64,000 nt of DNA from Yuukianura sp. NJ FZ-2021. Its lineage: Eukaryota. The stretch covers positions 12,710,001 to 12,774,000 of the forward strand of contig CM102286.1 of assembly GCA_046563655.1 (NCBI GenBank), written 5' to 3'. A program made the translations under genes and the position numbers. Positions within the stretch are counted from its first letter, which is position 1, and every line of letters begins with the position of its first letter. The notes under the pieces are model-generated. The model searched no databases and was not told the origin of the DNA. It saw only the letters and a list, made by a program, of their open reading frames with translations. Positions 63,601 through 64,000 of this stretch are shown here, in pieces.

Positions 63601-63904
63601 TGGTGGATTGAGCTCGTAAAGCTTTCTCTCCTACGGTTCTTTTCTGTTGTTTAATGACTCTCAGAGGTGTGTGTCTTGAGACATGGTAGTAGCTTGCTTT
63701 TCGAACAAAAAATTTACTTTCGTTTCAAATAATGTTTCTCCTACGAACAGAAACACGCCAAAGTACCGGAGAAATGGCTTTGGCCAGGCACAGAGGTTGA
63801 CTGAATTTTGAAACGAGGTGGATGCCATTGAAGTAATGGACAAGGACTTGACTCTGGCCACTAGTCACTTGACATGGGAACTAAAGCAAGTAGCATGCTT
63901 TTCT

Positions 63905-63972
63905 ACCGTAGCCTGGTGCTGGACTGACTTTAATATGGTTTTTGGCCATGGGTTCGAGTCCAGCCCGGGTTT
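63905..63972 (+). mobile_element. Possible degenerate tRNA-derived SINE head
   Basis: A-box-like TAGCCTGGTGCTGG and perfect B-box GGTTCGAGTCC about 30 nt apart; no intact cloverleaf. Confidence 0.3.
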
Positions 63973-64000
63973 CCAATTTATCCACCAAAGTGACAAACTC

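Noticed and set aside
55474..63861. Short ORFs such as 57362..57601, 58246..58461 and 60229..60480
   Set aside because: No recognisable domains, no convincing flanking splice sites, and lengths within chance expectation

Overview
Eukaryotic, AT-rich, intron-containing DNA, most consistent with an arthropod; the species cannot be determined from sequence alone. About 1-48.3 kb (possibly to ~51 kb) is the 5' part of one minus-strand gene, unc-13 (Munc13 synaptic vesicle priming factor). I reconstructed it exon by exon with GT-AG sites and consistent reading phases: C2A domain (exons at 48.2-45.7 kb), a long acidic/low-complexity region ending in a calmodulin-binding motif (45.4-41.1 kb), then the shared C1, C2B and start of the MUN region (11.6-0.86 kb). 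The gene continues past the left edge of the window. The ~29.5 kb intron between the CaM exon and the shared core holds alternative N-terminal exons, all ending in phase-0 donors: a 2078-codon Unc13B-like giant exon, a 362-codon exon, a candidate 39-codon exon and one weak 6-codon candidate. It also holds two candidate recursive splice sites. Other splicing features are a 9-nt VLK microexon, a pair of 107-nt mutually exclusive exons in the C1-C2B linker, and candidate cassette or alternative-start exons in the first C2A intron. The 52-64 kb region has no recognisable coding sequence and looks like the 5' UTR and first intron(s) of a divergent plus-strand gene. No prokaryotic systems, CRISPR arrays, rRNA or intact transposons were seen.
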